Positions 25,196 through 38,020 of a stretch of DNA of 64,000 nucleotides are shown piece by piece. The number at the start of each line of letters is the position of its first letter. The first letter of the stretch is position 1. The notes under the pieces are model-generated. The model was not told the DNA's origin. It did no database searches and saw only the letters and a program-made list of their open reading frames with translations. The position numbers were made by a program, and so were the translations under genes. Source of the stretch: Octopus vulgaris (lineage: Eukaryota); contig OX597822.1 of the NCBI GenBank assembly GCA_951406725.2, positions 112,034,001-112,098,000 on the forward strand. Reading direction: 5' to 3'.

Positions 25196-27035
25196 CTATT
25201 TATCATAGTCCTCAAGGCAATAACGGAAGAATTCAAGACAGGATGCCCCTGGGAGCTCCTCTATGCTGATGACCTTGCTCTAATTGCTGAGTCACTATCA
25301 GAACTGGAGGAGAAGTTTCAGGTGTGGAAACAAGGATTAGAATCGAAGGGCCTTAGAATCAACCTAGCCAAAACCAAAGTCCTAATAAGTAGGAAGGTGG
25401 ACCAACCACAAACGACTTCAGGTAGATGGCCCTGCTCGATCTGTAAAAAAGGTGTAGGTAGAAACTCTATAAGGTGCACCAAGTGTAAGCTATGGACACA
25501 TAAGAGGTGCAGCAATGTCAAAGGAAGGCTAACTAGGAAAATAGTTTTTGTCTGTGGCAGATGCTCAGGAGCAATAAACACTGGAAATGTGCAGAGACCA
25601 ACTTCTACCACGTTCCAGGGAGACAAACTAGAAGTAGTTGATAGCTTCCGCTACCTAGGAGACCAAGTCAGTAGCGGGGGTGGGTGTGCTGAAAGTGTAA
25701 CTGCTAGAGTAAGAATAGCCTGGGCAAAGTTTAGAGAGCTCTTACCCTTGCTGGTGACAAAAGGCCTCTCGCTCAGAGTAAAAGGCAGACTGTATGATGC
25801 ATGTGTACGTACAGCCATGCTACATGGTAGTGAAACATGGGCCATGACTGCTGAGGATATGCGTAAGCTCGCAAGAAATGAAGCCAGTATGCTCCGATGG
25901 ATGTGTAATGTCAGTGTTCATAATCGTCAGAGTGTAAGTACCTTGAGAGAAAAGTTGAACCTAAGAAGCGTCAGTTGTGGTGTGCAAGAGAGACGGCTGC
26001 GCTGGTATGGTTATATGACGAGAATGGCTGAAGATAGTTGTGTGCAAAAGTGCTACACCCTAGCAGTTGAGGGAACCTGTGGAAGAGGTAGACCCAGGAA
26101 AACCTGGGACGAAGTGGTGAAGCACGACCTTCGAACTTTAGGTCTCACCAAGGAAATGACTAGAGACCGAGACCTATGGAAGTATGCTGTGCGTGAGAAG
26201 ACCCGGCAAGACTAGTCAGGCCATAACCCGTGGCCCCTACCTGGGACGTAGTCAGTCCACCTGTGCATACCTTCCTTCTTGTGACACTTGTGAAGACCTG
26301 TTGAGGCAAGTGAAAATCAAATCAAAAAATCAAACAAAATCAAAATAGATGGAATTTGTATCTTTGTGGTGTCTTTGTATCAATGGAATTTGTATCTTTG
26401 TGGTACCAGTGCCGGTGGCACACGAGAAAACCATCCGAACGTGGCCGTAGCCAGTGCCGCACCAACTGGCCTCCATGCTGTGGGCACGTAATAATCACCA
26501 TCCGATCGTGGCCGATCGCCAGCCTCATCTGGCTCCTGTGTCGGTGGCACATAAAACACCATCCGAGCGTGGTCGTCTGCTAGCCTTGTCTGGTACCTGT
26601 GTCGGTGGCACATAAAAACACCATCCGAGCGTGGCCGTTCGCCAGCCTCGTCTGGCACCTGTGTCGGTGGCACATAAAAACACCATCCGAGCGTGGCCGT
26701 TCGCCAGCCTCGTCTGGCACCTGTGTCGGTGGCACATAAAAACACCATCCGAGCGTGGCCGTTCGCCAGCCTCGTCTGGCACCTGTGTCGGTGGCACATA
26801 AAAACACCATCCGAGCGTGGCCGTTCGCCAGCCTCGTCTGGCACCTGTGTCGGTGGCACATAAAATCACCCACTACACTCTCGGAGTGGTTGGCGTTAGG
26901 AAGGGCATCCAGCTGTAGAAACACTGCCAGATCTGACTGGCCTGGTGCAGCCTTCGGGCTCCCCAGACCCCAGTTGAACCGTCCAACCCATGCTAGCATG
27001 GAAAGCGGACGTTAAATGATGATGATGATGATGAT
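25196..27035 (+). mobile_element. RTE LINE copy B nested in copy A
   Basis: LFIIVLKAITEEFKTGCPWELLYADDLALIAES...; ORF 25322-26215; 62-bp tandem array in 3' UTR; (GAT)n tail. Confidence 0.92.
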
Positions 27036-27305
27036 GTGCTGCACCTCTTATGCGTCCATAGCTTACACTGGGTACATCTTATGGAGTTTCTACCTACACC
27101 TTTCCTACAGGTCGAGCAGGGCCACCTGCCCGAGGGGGTGTGTGCTGAGTTCGCCTTTCTGCTTACTATAACTTTGGTCTTTGCTACATTTACTCTAAGG
27201 CCCTTTGATTCTGACCCTTGGTTCCACACCCGACGTTTCTTTTCTAGTTCTGGTAGTGATTCTGCTATGAGGGCCAGGTCATCAGCATAGAGGAGCTCCC
27301 AGGGG
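27036..27305 (-). mobile_element. RTE LINE copy A, 5' part
   Basis: PWELLYADDL...KTKV...GRWPCSTCRKGVGRNSIRCTQCKLWTHKRCS; continues into 25195 (IKGKLTDKIVF). Confidence 0.88.
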
Positions 27306-28198
27306 ATATATATACTCTTACTCTTTCTCTTTTTCTTGTTTCAGTCATTTGACTGTGGCCATGCTGGAGCACCGCCTTTAGTCGAGCAAATCGACCCCGG
27401 GACTTATTCTTTGTAAGCCCAGTACTTATTCTATCGTTCTCTTTTGCCGAACCACTAAGTGACGGGGACGTAAATACACCAGCATCGGTTGTCAAGCGAT
27501 GCTAGGGGGACAAACACAGACACACAAACACATACATATGTATATACACATATATACGACAGGCTTCTTTCAGTTTCCGTCTACCAAATCCACTCACAAG
27601 GCATTGGTCAGCCCGGGGCTATAGCAGAAGACACTTGCCCAAGGTGCCACGCAGTGGGACTGAACCCGGAACCATGTGGTTGGTTAGCAAGCTACTTACC
27701 ACACAGCCACTCCTGCACCTATATATATATATATATCTTTGACCTTTTCATTTTTCTCCTTAGTTGTTTTGGTCTCCCTCCAGCTTTTCTTAATTGACTA
27801 TTTCTGATGTATAGTGTGTGTGTGTGTGTAAGCATGAAGAATTTTATGGCAAATGACTACATTAATCATGAATTTTCCCTGAAGTCTTTAAAGTTTCTCA
27901 CTATTTCAAATGCGTACCACATGCCTGGCTCGTTCAGCCACAGTTTCCTACTTCGTTATTGATATTAAATTTGCATTCTTAGACTAGTTTACATCATTTC
28001 ACTTACCTTAGTTTAAAAAATAGATGCTTCATTACATTTTGTGCACAGTAGTCTTTAAAGAAAGGTTAAATACTTTTGATAATTGAACCTGTCTGAAAAG
28101 TGTTCCCAGTTTGCAAGAATTAGACAGAAAGTTTTGGTTAAAATGCACACGTACTCCACTCCCCTCTCATTCTGATGTCTGTCTTTTATATTTTACAG

Positions 28199-28276
28199 TT
28201 GGGAAAATTGCTGATGCAACTCCTGAGAAAAGTTGCGAAGTGGAAAAAGATAATCCACTGGGAGAGAACACCTCAG
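28199..28276 (+). CDS. WDR24: WDR24 exon 13
   Basis: tacag|TT...TCA G|gtacgt; IGKIADATPEKSCEVEKDNPLGENTS; symmetric phase-1 exon in the poorly conserved linker. Confidence 0.8.
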
Positions 28277-28621
28277 GTACGTTGTTTATTTTTTATGAAG
28301 ATGGCTTCGTATTGTGATGAATTATTCTGCATGCAGCATCAAGGTATGCAAGATCACATTAAGGACACGGTCTCTAACAAACGTGGTTGGGTTGCCGACG
28401 TGGTTGAGAATCAGTACTCAAGGCTCAACCATGCACTGTTCTGTGTAAACAGCGTGTGACCATTGTGAGCACAACTCAGCTCCCAAACGAATGCAGTTCT
28501 GCATGCAGTATTCAGGCCCTCAAGGTCACATTAAGGACACGATCTCTAACATGGTTAGGTCTTAGACACCATAATTTAGTAGGTTAAAGTACATGTGATA
28601 TTTTGGTTTGTAATCAATAGA

Positions 28622-29020
28622 TACTCTTTTACTTGTTTCAGTCATTTGACTGTGGCCATGCTGGAGCACCGCCTTTAATCGAGCAACTCGACACCGGGAC
28701 TTATTCTTTTGTAAGCCCAGTACTTATTCTATCGGTCTCTTTTGCCGAACCGCTAAATAACGGGGACATAAACACACCAGCATCGGTTGTCAAGCAATGC
28801 TAGGGGGACAAACACAGACACACAAACACACACACGCATATATATATATACATATATACGACGGGCTTCTTTCAGTTTCCGTCCACCAAATCCACTCACA
28901 AGGCTTTGGTCGGCCCGAGGCTATAGTAGAAGACACTTGCCCAAGGTGCCATGCAGTGGGACTGAACCCAGAACCATGTGGTTGGTAAAGAAGCTACTTA
29001 CCACACAGCCACTCCTACAC
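28622..29020 (-). mobile_element. tRNA-derived CORE-like SINE
   Basis: Head with ggttcagtcccac B box, CORE-like ggcaccttgggcaagtgtctt, internal (TA/TG)n. Copies at about 19595-20002, 27313-27720, 33680-33890, 41525-41950 (-) and 18340, 37399, 55478 (+). Confidence 0.8.
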
Positions 29021-29575
29021 CTAGATGAAGAATATTTGTATGAGCTTTGTCTATGCTTAGAAGAAAGACTTTGATACTGAAGCTAAAAGAAAATAGTTGA
29101 ATAGTTGCTCAGGATTTAACATATTTTAGCATATTTTCCATAATAAACATTGTGCATTTCAAATGGTTTTTATTCCAACAAATCGCTACCTATGGTACAA
29201 CGAGAACAGGCTATTATTGCTACCACGAATACACTGCCTGTTTGAAGTCTACATTGGTTCATCCATTTAATACAACCTACTTATATCATTTCAGTTGTTG
29301 TTTATTTCCAGTTTGAACAGAAGCAATGCATGGACCATGCAGGCAGTTGTATGTACCCCAGGAAAGGGAGTTTTCTGCCTGCAGGGGCCCCATTACACAT
29401 TATATGACAAATTTTAAGAGTCTAAAACCATCTCTGGAACAAAAATAGTGTATGTTCCCAGTTTAGAGAAAATCAGTTGCAAACTTGAGAAGTTCTGTGG
29501 GTCTACACAAACTCACACACACACACACACACATATCCTCAGTTTTATTTATAGAGATTATTTTGTTTTCTACAG

Positions 29576-29742
29576 GATGCAGTGAAGAAGAATCTGACCC
29601 AGAAAATGAAGTTCAAGAAAAAAATTTAGCCAACATTGCCACTGGTTTAGCCAGTCAGACAGGAGACTTTTTCTTTGGTGAAGGGGACACAGATTTCTCT
29701 TATGACCTAGAAGATGTTGACAGCGTACTTCATGATAAACAT
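29576..29742 (+). CDS. WDR24: WDR24 exon 14 (acidic linker; 3' boundary uncertain)
   Basis: tacag|GA TGC...; GCSEEESDPENEVQEKNLANIATGLASQTGDFFFGEGDTDFSYDLEDVDSVLHDKH; needs a phase-0 donor: CAT|gtttgt (29742) preferred, AGC|gtactt (29724) possible. Confidence 0.8.
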
Positions 29743-29834
29743 GTTTGTATTCACTTTGATGGCATTTTCAGTAAAACTTTTGTTTTAACAAAAGCTGTTT
29801 TTATAAGATTTCTTTTACCTTTACTTTGCACTCT

Positions 29835-30929
29835 TTAACCCTTTCTTTACCAAACCGCCCAAAGCCGCCCGAAAAAAATTTTAGTTAATGTGACCAAACC
29901 GCCCAAAGCCACCCGAATTTACCTATTCATATTTAAATGAGAATATCAGAGCAAATCTCTTTAGTACATTCGTGAAAACACGTATTATACTTCGTAAACA
30001 GTTCAACTACAGTTTAGTACAATAATCGAAGTGTAATTTTAATTCCGTGAATTTTGGGAGATTTTTTTCCGAAATTTGTTCCTATTGTGTTTTCAAAATT
30101 TGTAATTCTGACAAAAAATGGATACGAATTTCATTATATCAAGCAGCGAGTCAGAATTTGAAGGCTTTTCTACTGAAGACCTTCATAAATCTAACTCTAT
30201 GACTGAAAAAAAAAAGCACGTGGTATTTGATAATGAATCTGATGTTTCATTTTCCGAAAGTGAAAACAGTGAATCCGAGATATCCGACAACGATAAAGAA
30301 AATGAATTGGCACCTGAATGGAGTGAAAATTTAAAAACTGTTTCTTTCGGTGATTTTTCTGAAGAAACTGGACCAAGCCACAGACTTTCCCAGAAGAGTA
30401 AAGCCTTAGACTGTTTCTTTTTACTTTTCGAATGAGCCCATTTGAAATCATTACGGCGGAAACGAACCGTTACGCTAAACGTAAACAAAGCGAAAGAAAC
30501 GATAGTTTGTGGTTTTCCACAACCTTAAATGAAATTAAGACTATTTTGCCATAAATATTATTATGGGTGTCAGAAAGTTACCCAGAATAACAAATTCTAT
30601 CGTAAAATTTTCTTGTATACCCAATTGAATATTAGCTAATAACCCATTTTCTATAGCGATGTTTGAACAAAATTTTAATAATTTTATATTTTGTTGAATT
30701 TACCTGTATCTACCTGCAATTAGAGTCACTTTGTGGCAAAAATTATAGTATAGAATTGGTTGAGAATATTTCATTAAATTATCTTCCAAAAATCAGATTA
30801 ATATATTGATAAATAAGAAAGTTATAGTTGTTTAATGAAACCAGACTAAATTTATGATTACGTTAGAAATTAATTGAAACACATAATTGAAACACATTTT
30901 GGTCAGAAATATAGTAACGAAAGTGTTAA
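29835..30929 (+). mobile_element. piggyBac-type transposon, internally deleted
   Basis: TTAA|CCCTTTC...GAAAGTG|TTAA; acidic N-terminus then broken FEIITAETNRYA...WFSTTLNEIK...IIMGVRKLP, the start of a piggyBac transposase domain. Confidence 0.8.
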
Positions 30930-31872
30930 ATATAAATCACTCCTTTCATTACTCTTCTTTTTCTTTAACCTTTTAGCATTTAAATTGGCCATATCCAGCC
31001 AAAAGTATTCTGCCTGTTTTATGTTCAAACTAGCCAGATCTGGTCTCTCGCACCAGCCCTACAACATCGTTTTAAAAATTAACAGCTACCTCATCAAAAT
31101 CTTTAGTTTCTTTCATCATAGAAAGGAGTTTGGTCTGACAGTTATAGATTTAATAGTTTTTAACTTATGGGAACAGTAAATAACTGAAAGATATTTTGTT
31201 AGCCTCCTTTTCTGAGTACAGATCCTCTCATGGGTTAAGCTTGCTGTAAGATGTTCCTTAATTACTTTTATATCCTGATGTTGGATATATAACGAAGCAG
31301 GGGAAAGAAATATTTACATGACGCAATTACTATTAAACGAGACTCAACTCTCTCAATCAATGGCTCGTAATGGACTGCTTACTCCAATTACTCACAGTGT
31401 TTTATAGCAATGGGTCAGTCCACTTTTAGTCACTTGGGAGCGGAGGATGGAATCCATCCACAACAATTACTACAATTACTCTATACTTACATTTACTACA
31501 TAACACTTAATATATGCACAGGCTGTTAGGAGTGCTCAACATGCCAGAAATGGCAGCCAAATCTTCCTTGAAGTTCACCCTTCTATCTTAAAAAAACAGA
31601 AGGATACTTTGAATATGACGCATAAAAAAGGCAGAACAGACACTGCTGAATGGCATTGGTCTTAGGTCTACTCAGTCAAAGCTAACCTGGGGTTAAATAA
31701 CAACACTACACTGCATCAAATACACCCTTACTATTACTACTACGCTACTACATTGAATGCTTCTTTGGAGAAGTCAACCCCTTAACCAGAAATTAGTGTT
31801 AAAATATCCTGTACAAATTCAGTTTGATCAACTTTCAAACACAACAACAACATCAGTAGTTCAGACACGTAA

Positions 31873-32382
31873 TCTATATATATAAAACTGTAGTTGTGTG
31901 AGTGTCTGTCCCCTTCGATTTAGATTCCTAACTACTCCCACATTTTGCGGTGCAGTTTAACCAAATTCGGATATCTTATAGTCGTGATTCATATCGAGCC
32001 CGTCTGAGTATTAGCGTGCGTCTACGATGAGTCTACGATTTTAAAAATAATTTAGCATCATTTTTTATTCCATTTTAATGCATAATTTTTCGTGTGTCGA
32101 TGGCGGCGGAGTTGGCGTCCATGGTCACACCTGCACCTGTTTGCTACTCCCCCTTCTTCCCTCCCTCGTGAAGCTGTGGGGAAGGGAGTGTAAGGAAATC
32201 AACGTTGTAAAGTGTTGTCAAGGAGACCAGCATTCTTTTAGAACGACTTCATGGCTTGAAGACACCAAAACAGAAATGGCTAAGAAAGCCCGAATTGGCA
32301 TCTATAAGGGAAGTAACTCTCTAAAAATGCTTATATAGTTATTTCCCTTACAAACCCGAGCAACGCCGGGCAATACTGCTAG
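31873..32382 (+). mobile_element. Non-autonomous Helitron
   Basis: a|TCTATATATATAAA...cccgagcaacgccggg...CTAG|t; same termini as 10742 but a different interior. Confidence 0.85.
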
Positions 32383-33079
32383 TGTAATATAGAAATATCT
32401 AAATAAAGGCCCATAAGTAAACTGTATGGAGAGCACATCTTATCGTGTCTTATACTTATGAGTGGTTTGGTCATGTTTCCTTCAGTTCATTTGCTTTCAG
32501 ATCAATCATCATCATCATCATCGTTTAACGTCTGCTTTCCATGCTAGCATGGGCTGGATGGTTTGACTGAGGTCTGGCGAACCAGATGGCTGCACCAGGC
32601 TCCAGTCTTGATCTGGCAGAGTTTCTACAGCTGGATGCCCTTCCTAACACTAACCGACGACCGCTTTGTTCAAAGCCTCCCTTGACCTCAAGTGGCCTGA
32701 ACTCTTTACATGAACACCACCTTGTACTTAACTCCATGTCCCCCTACATGGCCTTGCTATTTGCTTTTGAGCCAAATTAACTAACTAACACTCCAAGAGT
32801 GTAGTGGGTGCTTATTACGTGCCACCGGCACGGGGGCCAGTCAGGCGGTACTGGCAAGGACCTCGCTCGATTCTTTTTACACATGCCAACGGCACAGGTG
32901 CCAGTAAGGCGATGCTGGTAACGAGCCCGCTCTAATGGTGCCTCCTACATGCCACCGGCACAGAAGCCAGTTAGCCGTTCTGGCAACGACAACTGCAAGA
33001 TAAAGATGATGATTACAAATGATTTTAAAAGAATATTTTATGTGTCTCAGTTGTTAAAAATTCATCAAAAGAATTTGAA

Positions 33080-33308
33080 TTAACCCTTTTGTTACTATAT
33101 TTATTTTGAGATGCTCTGTGTTTCTTTCAATTATTTTAAATATAACAAAGAATTTAGTAAAATTACTTAGTTATCATTAAACAAGTGTTAGTAACATAAA
33201 TTGCGACTAAGGTTTGGTGGTATATTTTAATGCAAAACTTAGGAAAACAAGACATTTGTACTACAAAGCCAGAGCTGGTTTTGGCCGGGTTGGTAACATA
33301 AGGGTTAA
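33080..33308. mobile_element. piggyBac-type MITE
   Basis: TTAA|CCCTTTTGTTAC...GTAACATAAGGG|TTAA; opposite-orientation copy at 59195-59416. Confidence 0.8.
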
Positions 33309-33376
33309 GACATTAGTTAGACATTTTAAAATTCATCTTCCTTACATCCAGTATTTTTTTTTTCTTTTTCCAACAG

Positions 33377-33634
33377 GATTGGTCTCTTCCAGCAGAAGCC
33401 TTCCAACCTCGTCATGAGCTTGAGTTTAGCAATGCGCCCCCAGTGCCTCCTCCCCACTATTCCCCTGCAAACGACAGTGATGGCAATTCATTTCAAGCCA
33501 CAAGTCATAACCATAAAGAGACAATCAGCAATGGCGCTGCAGTGAACGATCTCTACATCAACGTGAAACTCCCCATTATACCACAGTGGGACTGTAGCTC
33601 CCTGGTTAAGGATATGCTTGTTGCTTATGCTGAA
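33377..33634 (+). CDS. WDR24: WDR24 exon 15
   Basis: caacag|GAT...GAA|gtaagt; DWSLPAEAFQPRHEL...SSLVKDMLVAYAE (cf. LPQEAFPLRHEI...VRDMLHFYAE). Confidence 0.93.
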
Positions 33635-34795
33635 GTAAGTCAGTAACCATAATACTTTATAGCTTATATACAGTTACTTTCTTTTACTCTCTTTTACTTG
33701 TTTCAGTCATTTGACTGCGGCCATGCTGGAGCACCGCCTTTAGTCGAGCAAATCGACCCCAGGACTTATTCTTTGTAAGCCTAGTACTTATTCTATCGTT
33801 CTCTTTTGCCGAACTGCTAAGTTACAGGGACGTAAATACACCAGCATCGGTTGTCAAGCAATGTTGGTGGACAAACACAGACACACAAACAAAAAAATCG
33901 TGTTCTTTTATATGTGTCACCTACACACTGGCACAAGTGCCAGTAAGGCGACGCTGGTAAGGATCCTGCTCAAATGGTGCTTTTTAGATGCCACCAGCAC
34001 GAACACCAGTCAGCTGCTCTGGCAACGATCACGCTCAGATGGTGCTCTTACCACTCCACTAGCACAGATGCCAGTCATCAAATTTGATTTCGATTCCGAT
34101 TTCACTTGCCTCAACAGGTCTTTGCAAGCAGTGTCCAATGAAGGGAAGGTACGCATAAGTGGGCTGGTTACACCCCTGGCTTAGGCTACAAATAGAGGTT
34201 CTTTTGATTGGTAATATGCACTCTCAGTCCCAAAATGAATTGAGAATAAATTTTTAGGATGATTTTATCAAACATCAAGGTCTTCTTTAGCTCTCTTACA
34301 TGACTGTTGTTTCTTGTATGCCACCTCATCAAGTGTAATGATTTAACCCTTTAGTGTTTAAACCGGCTATATCCGGCCCAAATATTCTACACATTTTATG
34401 CTCAAACTGGCCAGAACATGCATCTCACACCTACCCTGCAATGTCATTCTAAAAATAAGCAGTTACATCTTTCCTATCTTTAAACTACAAAATAATATCA
34501 GATAAATTTTTTTAAATGGGAATAAATAAGGATTATTTTTGACAAATTAATATGAACGCTAAAATGCTGATTGTATGTTCAAACTTTACTACAGCTGTAA
34601 TGCTACTTGGTTGACAAACAATTTCCAAACTCTATATTTAAGTTGTTACAAAGTTGTTGAGTTGTAATAAGAAGTGATGTGCAAATGCAAGGCTTTTTTA
34701 AAACATTTTTATTCATTCTAGGACAGAAAATATAGAAATTTGTTTCTTAAAGTTAACAGTTGTATAAAACATTGCTATAATATCTCTTATTCAAG

Positions 34796-34898
34796 GAAGA
34801 CATTCAGTCAACCGTTTCTATGCTGATCGTCCTGGGGGATCGCATCCAGTCAGAAATTGACCTGGAAGTGCGGACAAGTTGGTTCCTAGCCTATATTG
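34796..34898 (+). CDS. WDR24: WDR24 exon 16
   Basis: tcaag|GAA...ATT G|gtatgt; EDIQSTVSMLIVLGDRIQSEIDLEVRTSWFLAYI. Confidence 0.92.
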
Positions 34899-35879
34899 GT
34901 ATGTAAAGTTTCTTTTAATGTTGTTTTGCATGGGTTACTTTAAAAAGTTTTTTTCTGTTCAGCATAAATACATCGTCAATGAAAATATAATTTGTTTGTG
35001 ATTAACTCTGATTAGCTCTATTTTAATCGGTTGATTATCTATCACTATCTATCACATTCACTATCATCATTACCATTATCACCATCATCATCTCTCTCTC
35101 TATATATATATATGTGGCAAAATGTCTGTCTGTGTGTGTGTGTGTCCTTTATACAAATCCACAATTTTTCAGTTAGAGGGCTCACACTTTCTATGGTCAT
35201 TCAAAACCGTCCAAGGGTGGTCGTGCACATATTTACATTTCCCCAGTCACCCCGCAAAGCCATTAAAAAATCAATAGAAGTGACTTTTTTCTGAATTTTC
35301 TATCCAAAACCCAATCAAAATGCCCGAAACTTGATACGCCAATTGAATGCCAGCTAGCTTTATGTCATTAGTCAGGGATTTGGAGAGTACTCGTATGTAT
35401 GTGCGCACGCACGCAACTGTATATGCATGCACTAGCACTATGACCCAGCGTTGTTTGTATTTCCATGCAAGTATAAGTTAGGTGAATCTCGCATCCTTTC
35501 ATCACTTGTCATTCTCCCATTATCTTGGTACAAGCACACACCAGCAAGGAATGTTAACCAATTCGATTGCTGTGTATGTCTTACAATATGGGCTAGGTGC
35601 ATTTTATGTTGTCACTGGCTCTAAAGAGGTTGTCTGCAACATAACCAAAGAAATTCCTTACCCTCTGTTATTTTTTTACTCAGAATTATTTCCCCCACAA
35701 GCTGTGGCTTGCAGTCTCGTGTGCAGCATTTACGTCTACTTCACACATTACATTTTTGTCTTGGTTTCTATGGCTAGATGCCTTTCCTGTTGCCAACCAC
35801 TCTATCACATGAACTGATGGCATTTTGTGCCATTAATACCAGACAGGTTGTCAGGAGAAAGATCAAAGTGTCCTTTCTA

Positions 35880-36100
35880 TAATGAATAATAATGAAATTA
35901 TTGTATACAGTGCTCAGGTGCACCACAACTTGTCAGAAGTGCGTATAAAGTACATGCAGTAATGTACAAATGTCTGGGAAGTGAACAATGTATGACTCAG
36001 ATACATGCTTGCGTATGTATGGAGGGGAGAAAATCAGGTGTAGTGTTGGCGAATCTCAGGAAGCTTGGAAGTTTTGAAGGATGCAGTGCTCTGACAACTA
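35880..36100 (-). mobile_element. CR1-like LINE 3' UTR fragment
   Basis: Same sequence as 780-995. Confidence 0.8.
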
Positions 36101-37139
36101 CCTGTACCAGTTCTTAATTGGAGTCACTGCCCTTCTAAACAGGTAACCCACAATGCAGCTTGTAAAGCTTACCTTCATCATACATCCCATTTTTGTCATG
36201 GTTTCTGTGGTTGGATGCCTTTTCTATGATCAACCACTTCTCAAAATGGACTTGGCCTATTTTGAGAAGTACCAAAATAAGTTACACATCTTTTTAAACT
36301 ATTAATGTTTTTTTTATCTCGAAAAAGGTTTATAAAAGCAATATTTTATGCTGCTATCAACATTCATGTTTTGATGTTCAATAAATAAAGCTTACTTATT
36401 AAACTACTACATGTGTTTGAATTTATCTAGAAGTTCCATGTCACCTCTTTGCAAACATTGTCTCAAGGTAGCTAGATTTTCAATTTGGCCCCTTTTATTT
36501 ACATATATCATTTTTGTTGTTGCTGTTTGCTCGTTTCAAAAAAATCAACACCAAATATCGCATGCAGTTGATCATTTCAACTTTATAGAACTCTCCACTA
36601 TCCTTGTGTTTCACCCTCCAGCTCTTTGATATTTCTATACCACCACAAATTTTGAACCTTAGAAGCACAGTTGTCGGCCCTGATTCTTTTGAGTACTGCA
36701 AAGGGCAGTGGCCTCTATCCAATCATTAAATCATTTTAAAAGAATTTCTTTGTGGTCTACTTTAAAGTCTATAAATTCTATATAAATTAAATGTTTACAT
36801 TTAAAACAGAGTTCAAATATATGTGCCAGTGGATGTACTTGAATTAAGAACAATCTTAAAACAATACAAAGATTTGAGTGTGAGGAAACAGCTTCTCTCG
36901 AAGACACCAACTATAGGGATCATTACTTCAAAGGGTCAATAAAAAGTCATTTATTCATATCTGTCAGATTTGCATGTTTGCTATGTTTAAAAAAGTAAAA
37001 GTTTATTCCTTTCAACCTTATAGTTCATTGTTAACCATCATCATCGTCGTTGTCGTTTAACGTCCACTTAAAGATAAAACACAATATAAATATATTAATA
37101 TTTTATATATCTTGAATGAAATTTTGCTTTGTTTTTCAG

Positions 37140-37332
37140 AATTATTAGGACAATTCAAACAATGGTCAGTTATTGCTGATGTGATTAAACTTAGTAAAAT
37201 CCCTGAAGTTTCCATGTTAAACCAACAGTCTTCAAATATCCTCACCATGTGTCACAGATGTAACAAAACACTGACCAACTGCAGTTGGTTTTGTAGCAAA
37301 TGTCGAACAATTGTTGGTGTGTGTGGTGTATG
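37140..37332 (+). CDS. WDR24: WDR24 exon 17
   Basis: ttcag|AA...GTA TG|gtgagt; ELLGQFKQWSVIADVIKLS...LNQQSSNILTMCHRCNKTLTNCSWFCSKCRTIVGVCGV (zinc finger). Confidence 0.95.
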
Positions 37333-37715
37333 GTGAGTATTTTATGTTTTGTTTATTTCCATGTCCATTGCTTTCCGTTTTTTTCTGTTTTTTAAGATAG
37401 GCGTACGAGTGTCTGTGTGGTTAAGTAGCTTGCTTACAAACCGCATTGTTCCGGGTTCAGTCCCACTGCGTGGCACCTTGGGCAAGTGTCTTCTACTATA
37501 GCTTCAGGCCGACCAAAGCCTTGTGAGTGGATTTGGTAGACGGAAACTGAAAGAAGCTTGTTGTATATATGTATATGTATACATGTGTGTGAGTGTTTGT
37601 GTGTCTGTTTGCCCCTCCAACATTGCTTGACAACAGAATTTGAATTCCAAATGTCAGGGCATGCTGCGAACTATTTTACAAGTTTAGTGCTTGATTGTTA
37701 CTACTGCTAACTTTC

Positions 37716-38020
37716 GTGGAGGCACATGGCCTAGTGGTTAGAGCAGCGGACTCGCGGTCGAGGGATCACGGGTTCGAATCTCAGACCGGGCAATGTGTGT
37801 GTGTTTATGAGCGAAACACCTAAGCTCCACACGACTCCGGCAGAAGGCAATGGTGAACTTCTACTGACCCTTTTTCCACAACTTTCTCTCACTCTTTCCT
37901 CCTGCATCTTGCAGCTCACCTGTGACGGACTGGCGTCCCGTCCAGGTGGGGAACCTATATGCCAAGTAACCGGGAAACCGGCCCTTATGAGCCGGGCGTG
38001 GATCGAGAAGGAACAAACAA
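37716..38020 (+). mobile_element. tRNA-derived SINE, third family
   Basis: tggcctagtggttagagcagcggac...gggttcgaatctc (A and B boxes); copies at 17361-17665 (+), 9830-10122 (-) and 40400-40760 (-). Confidence 0.8.

Noticed and set aside
26500-26860. CRISPR-like appearance of 62-63-bp repeats (also 62445-62910)
   Set aside because: Units are contiguous and near-identical with no unique spacers, lie in a LINE 3' UTR, and the DNA is eukaryotic with no cas genes.
30118-30435. Extra acidic WDR24 exon
   Set aside because: Lies inside a TTAA-bounded piggyBac relic and is the transposase N-terminus; exons 14 and 15 join without it.
31278-31505. Possible solo LTR (TGTTG...TAACA)
   Set aside because: No matching target-site duplication and no second copy in the window.
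37716-37790. Apparent tRNA genes (also 17361, 39787)
   Set aside because: No proper acceptor stem or T-run terminator; they continue into repeat bodies, so they are SINE/PLE heads.
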